Shown here: one piece after another, positions 58,781 to 60,339 of the stretch
Position numbering within the stretch: the first letter of the stretch is position 1
Layout: each line of letters starts with the position of its first letter
Source of the DNA: Eubacteriales bacterium
Lineage (GTDB): Bacteria; Bacillota; Clostridia; Oscillospirales; CAG-272
Reading direction: 5' to 3'
Assembly (NCBI GenBank): GCA_045533115.1
Contig: JAZSHF010000035.1
Location: 1 to 60,339 of the forward strand
DNA length: 60,339 nucleotides
Made by a program: the position numbers and the translations under genes
Notes under the pieces: generated by a model
What the model saw: the letters and a program-made list of their open reading frames with translations, nothing else
Database searches by the model: none
Told to the model about the DNA's origin: nothing

Positions 58781-59731
58781 ATGTATTATCTCGGAATTGA
58801 CCTCGGCGGTACGAATATTTCCATAGGCATAGTAGATGAAAGCTACAAGATCGTAAAAAAGGGAAGCACTCCGACGATTTCCGACCGAGATCTTGAGGAA
58901 GTTATAAAGGATATAGCATCACTTTCCTTGAAGCTCCTTGACGAAGCAAAGATTGATATTTCCGAGATAGCTCACGCAGGAATCGGATCCCCCGGATCGA
59001 TCGATCCCGTAAACGGTGTAGTTATTTCGTCCAATAATATAAAAATGTATAATTACCCGATCGTAGAGGTTCTTAAAAAGTACCTTCCGATCGAAAATAT
59101 CTACGTTGACAACGACGCAAACGCTGCGGCGCTCGGCGAAGCGATGGGCGGCGCGGCTAAGGGCGCGGAGACTGCTATAATGGTCACTCTCGGAACGGGC
59201 GTCGGAAGCGGAATTATCATAAACGGTAAGATCTTCGGCGGCTTCAACCACGCAGGCGGCGAGATCGGTCATATGGTTATCGAGTATGACGGTGAACAGT
59301 GCACCTGCGGACGTAAGGGCTGCTGGGAAGCATATTCCTCCGCAACTGCTCTTGCAAGGATGACAAGAGAAAAGCTCGCCGAAACCAAGGACACCGTTAT
59401 GTGGGAAATGGTCGGCGGCGATATCAACATGGTAAGCGCTCGTACTCCCTTTGCGGCTATGAAGCAGGGCGATAAGGCAGGCAAGGAAGTAGTTGATAAA
59501 TACATAAACTACCTCGCTTGCGGCATTACGAATATTATCAATATGTTCCAGCCGAACGTGCTCTGTATCGGCGGCGGTGTCGCAAACGAGGGACATTACC
59601 TTCTCGATCCCGTAATCGAAATTGCCGAAAGAGATCAGTTTACGGCAGGTTGTGAGATTAAGACAAAGATATGCGTTGCAGAGCTTGGAAACGACGCAGG
59701 CATAATCGGTGCCGCGGCAATAACTCGTTAA
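58781..59731 (+). CDS. ROK family sugar kinase (glucokinase-like)
   Basis: GIDLGGT, DNDANAAALGE, TLGTGVGSG, GEIGH...CTCG..GCWE, AGIIGAA. Confidence 0.93.
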   Translation: MYYLGIDLGGTNISIGIVDESYKIVKKGSTPTISDRDLEEVIKDIASLSLKLLDEAKIDISEIAHAGIGSPGSIDPVNGVVISSNNIKMYNYPIVEVLKKYLPIENIYVDNDANAAALGEAMGGAAKGAETAIMVTLGTGVGSGIIINGKIFGGFNHAGGEIGHMVIEYDGEQCTCGRKGCWEAYSSATALARMTREKLAETKDTVMWEMVGGDINMVSARTPFAAMKQGDKAGKEVVDKYINYLACGITNIINMFQPNVLCIGGGVANEGHYLLDPVIEIAERDQFTAGCEIKTKICVAELGNDAGIIGAAAITR

Positions 59732-59734
59732 AAT

Positions 59735-59766
59735 CAAAAACGCTGAAGAATTCTTCAGCGTTTTTG
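59735..59766 (+). terminator. Terminator after ROK kinase
   Basis: CAAAAACGCTGAAG AATT CTTCAGCGTTTTTG. Confidence 0.78.
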
Positions 59767-59769
59767 TTA

Positions 59770-60339
59770 TTGTAAACGAAAACCACCAGCGATGCTGGTG
59801 GTTCCAAAAAGCTTTAGCTATGAGTAGAAAAAGAATCCTCCTTCGTTTATAATAGGAAGTGGGTTTGCCAACCACGACCAAAAAACGAAGGAGGAATCAA
59901 GTAATGAGACTTGACACAGATAGTTTAGCACACACAAAATGGAATTGCAAGTACCATATAGTGTTTGCACCTAAATACAGAAGGCAAGTAATATATGGGA
60001 AAATAAAGGCAGATATAGGAATGATGTTGCGAAAATTGTGTGAATACAAGCAAGTAGAAATACTGGAAGCAGAAGCATGCAAGGATCATATACACATGTT
60101 GGTATCCATACCGCCAAAGTATAGCGTATCGCAAATAATGGGGTATCTCAAAGGAAAAAGTAGTCTGATGATATTTGAGAAGTATGCGAATATGAAATAC
60201 AAATACGGAAACAGACATTTTTGGTGTAGAGGATATTATGTGGATACCGTGGGACGAAACAAAAAAGTTATTGCGGAATACATACGAAATCAGTTGCAGG
60301 AAGATGTATCGTATGATCAACTATCGTTGATAGAGTATG
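59770..60339 (+). mobile_element. IS200/IS605-family insertion sequence, left part (left boundary approximate)
   Basis: Subterminal hairpin AACCACCAGC-GAT-GCTGGTGGTT at 59781-59803, visibly more AT-rich sequence, TnpA ORF. Confidence 0.88.
59904..60339 (+). CDS. tnpA: IS200-family Y1/HUH transposase, runs off the window edge
   Basis: Not in ORF track; MRLDTDSLAHTKWNCKYHIVFAPKYRR...DHIHMLVSIPPK...LKGKSS...FWCRGYYVDTVG...EYIRNQ with HUH motif and catalytic Tyr. Confidence 0.95.
   Translation, partial: MRLDTDSLAHTKWNCKYHIVFAPKYRRQVIYGKIKADIGMMLRKLCEYKQVEILEAEACKDHIHMLVSIPPKYSVSQIMGYLKGKSSLMIFEKYANMKYKYGNRHFWCRGYYVDTVGRNKKVIAEYIRNQLQEDVSYDQLSLIEY

Noticed and set aside
59925-60320. Minus-strand 131 aa ORF
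   Set aside because: Antisense shadow of IS200 tnpA

Overview
Chromosomal segment of a spore-forming Clostridia-type Firmicute (spoIVA, ylmC/ymxH, ylbJ, yqfC-yqfD, sigma-A consensus promoters, Gram-positive SOS box). About 50 genes, mostly housekeeping: divergent nagA/nagB-like pair, a THF riboswitch-controlled folT-folC operon, a lexA-led gene run, a CofE-like ligase, rpsF-ssb-rpsR, Re-citrate synthase, yqfCD-phoH-ybeY-era-recO-mutS2, ftsK, uppP, hpf, glpK, guaB, typA, trpS, mscL and a ROK kinase. The window ends inside an IS200-family transposase. No rRNA, tRNA or CRISPR array was recognised. Most interesting: (1) FolC fused to a transmembrane helix plus an unexplained C-terminal domain; (2) a stand-alone two-gene operon of degenerate MutS-domain-V ATPases that looks like an asymmetric heterodimer; (3) a Shango-like TerB-N/TerB-C plus DUF2791 ATPase pair with a strong promoter but no helicase gene; (4) a BspA-type LRR lipoprotein with constant DNA frameworks and hypervariable codons, preceded by nested REP/MITE-like palindromes. 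All family assignments come from motif recognition by eye, not database searches.
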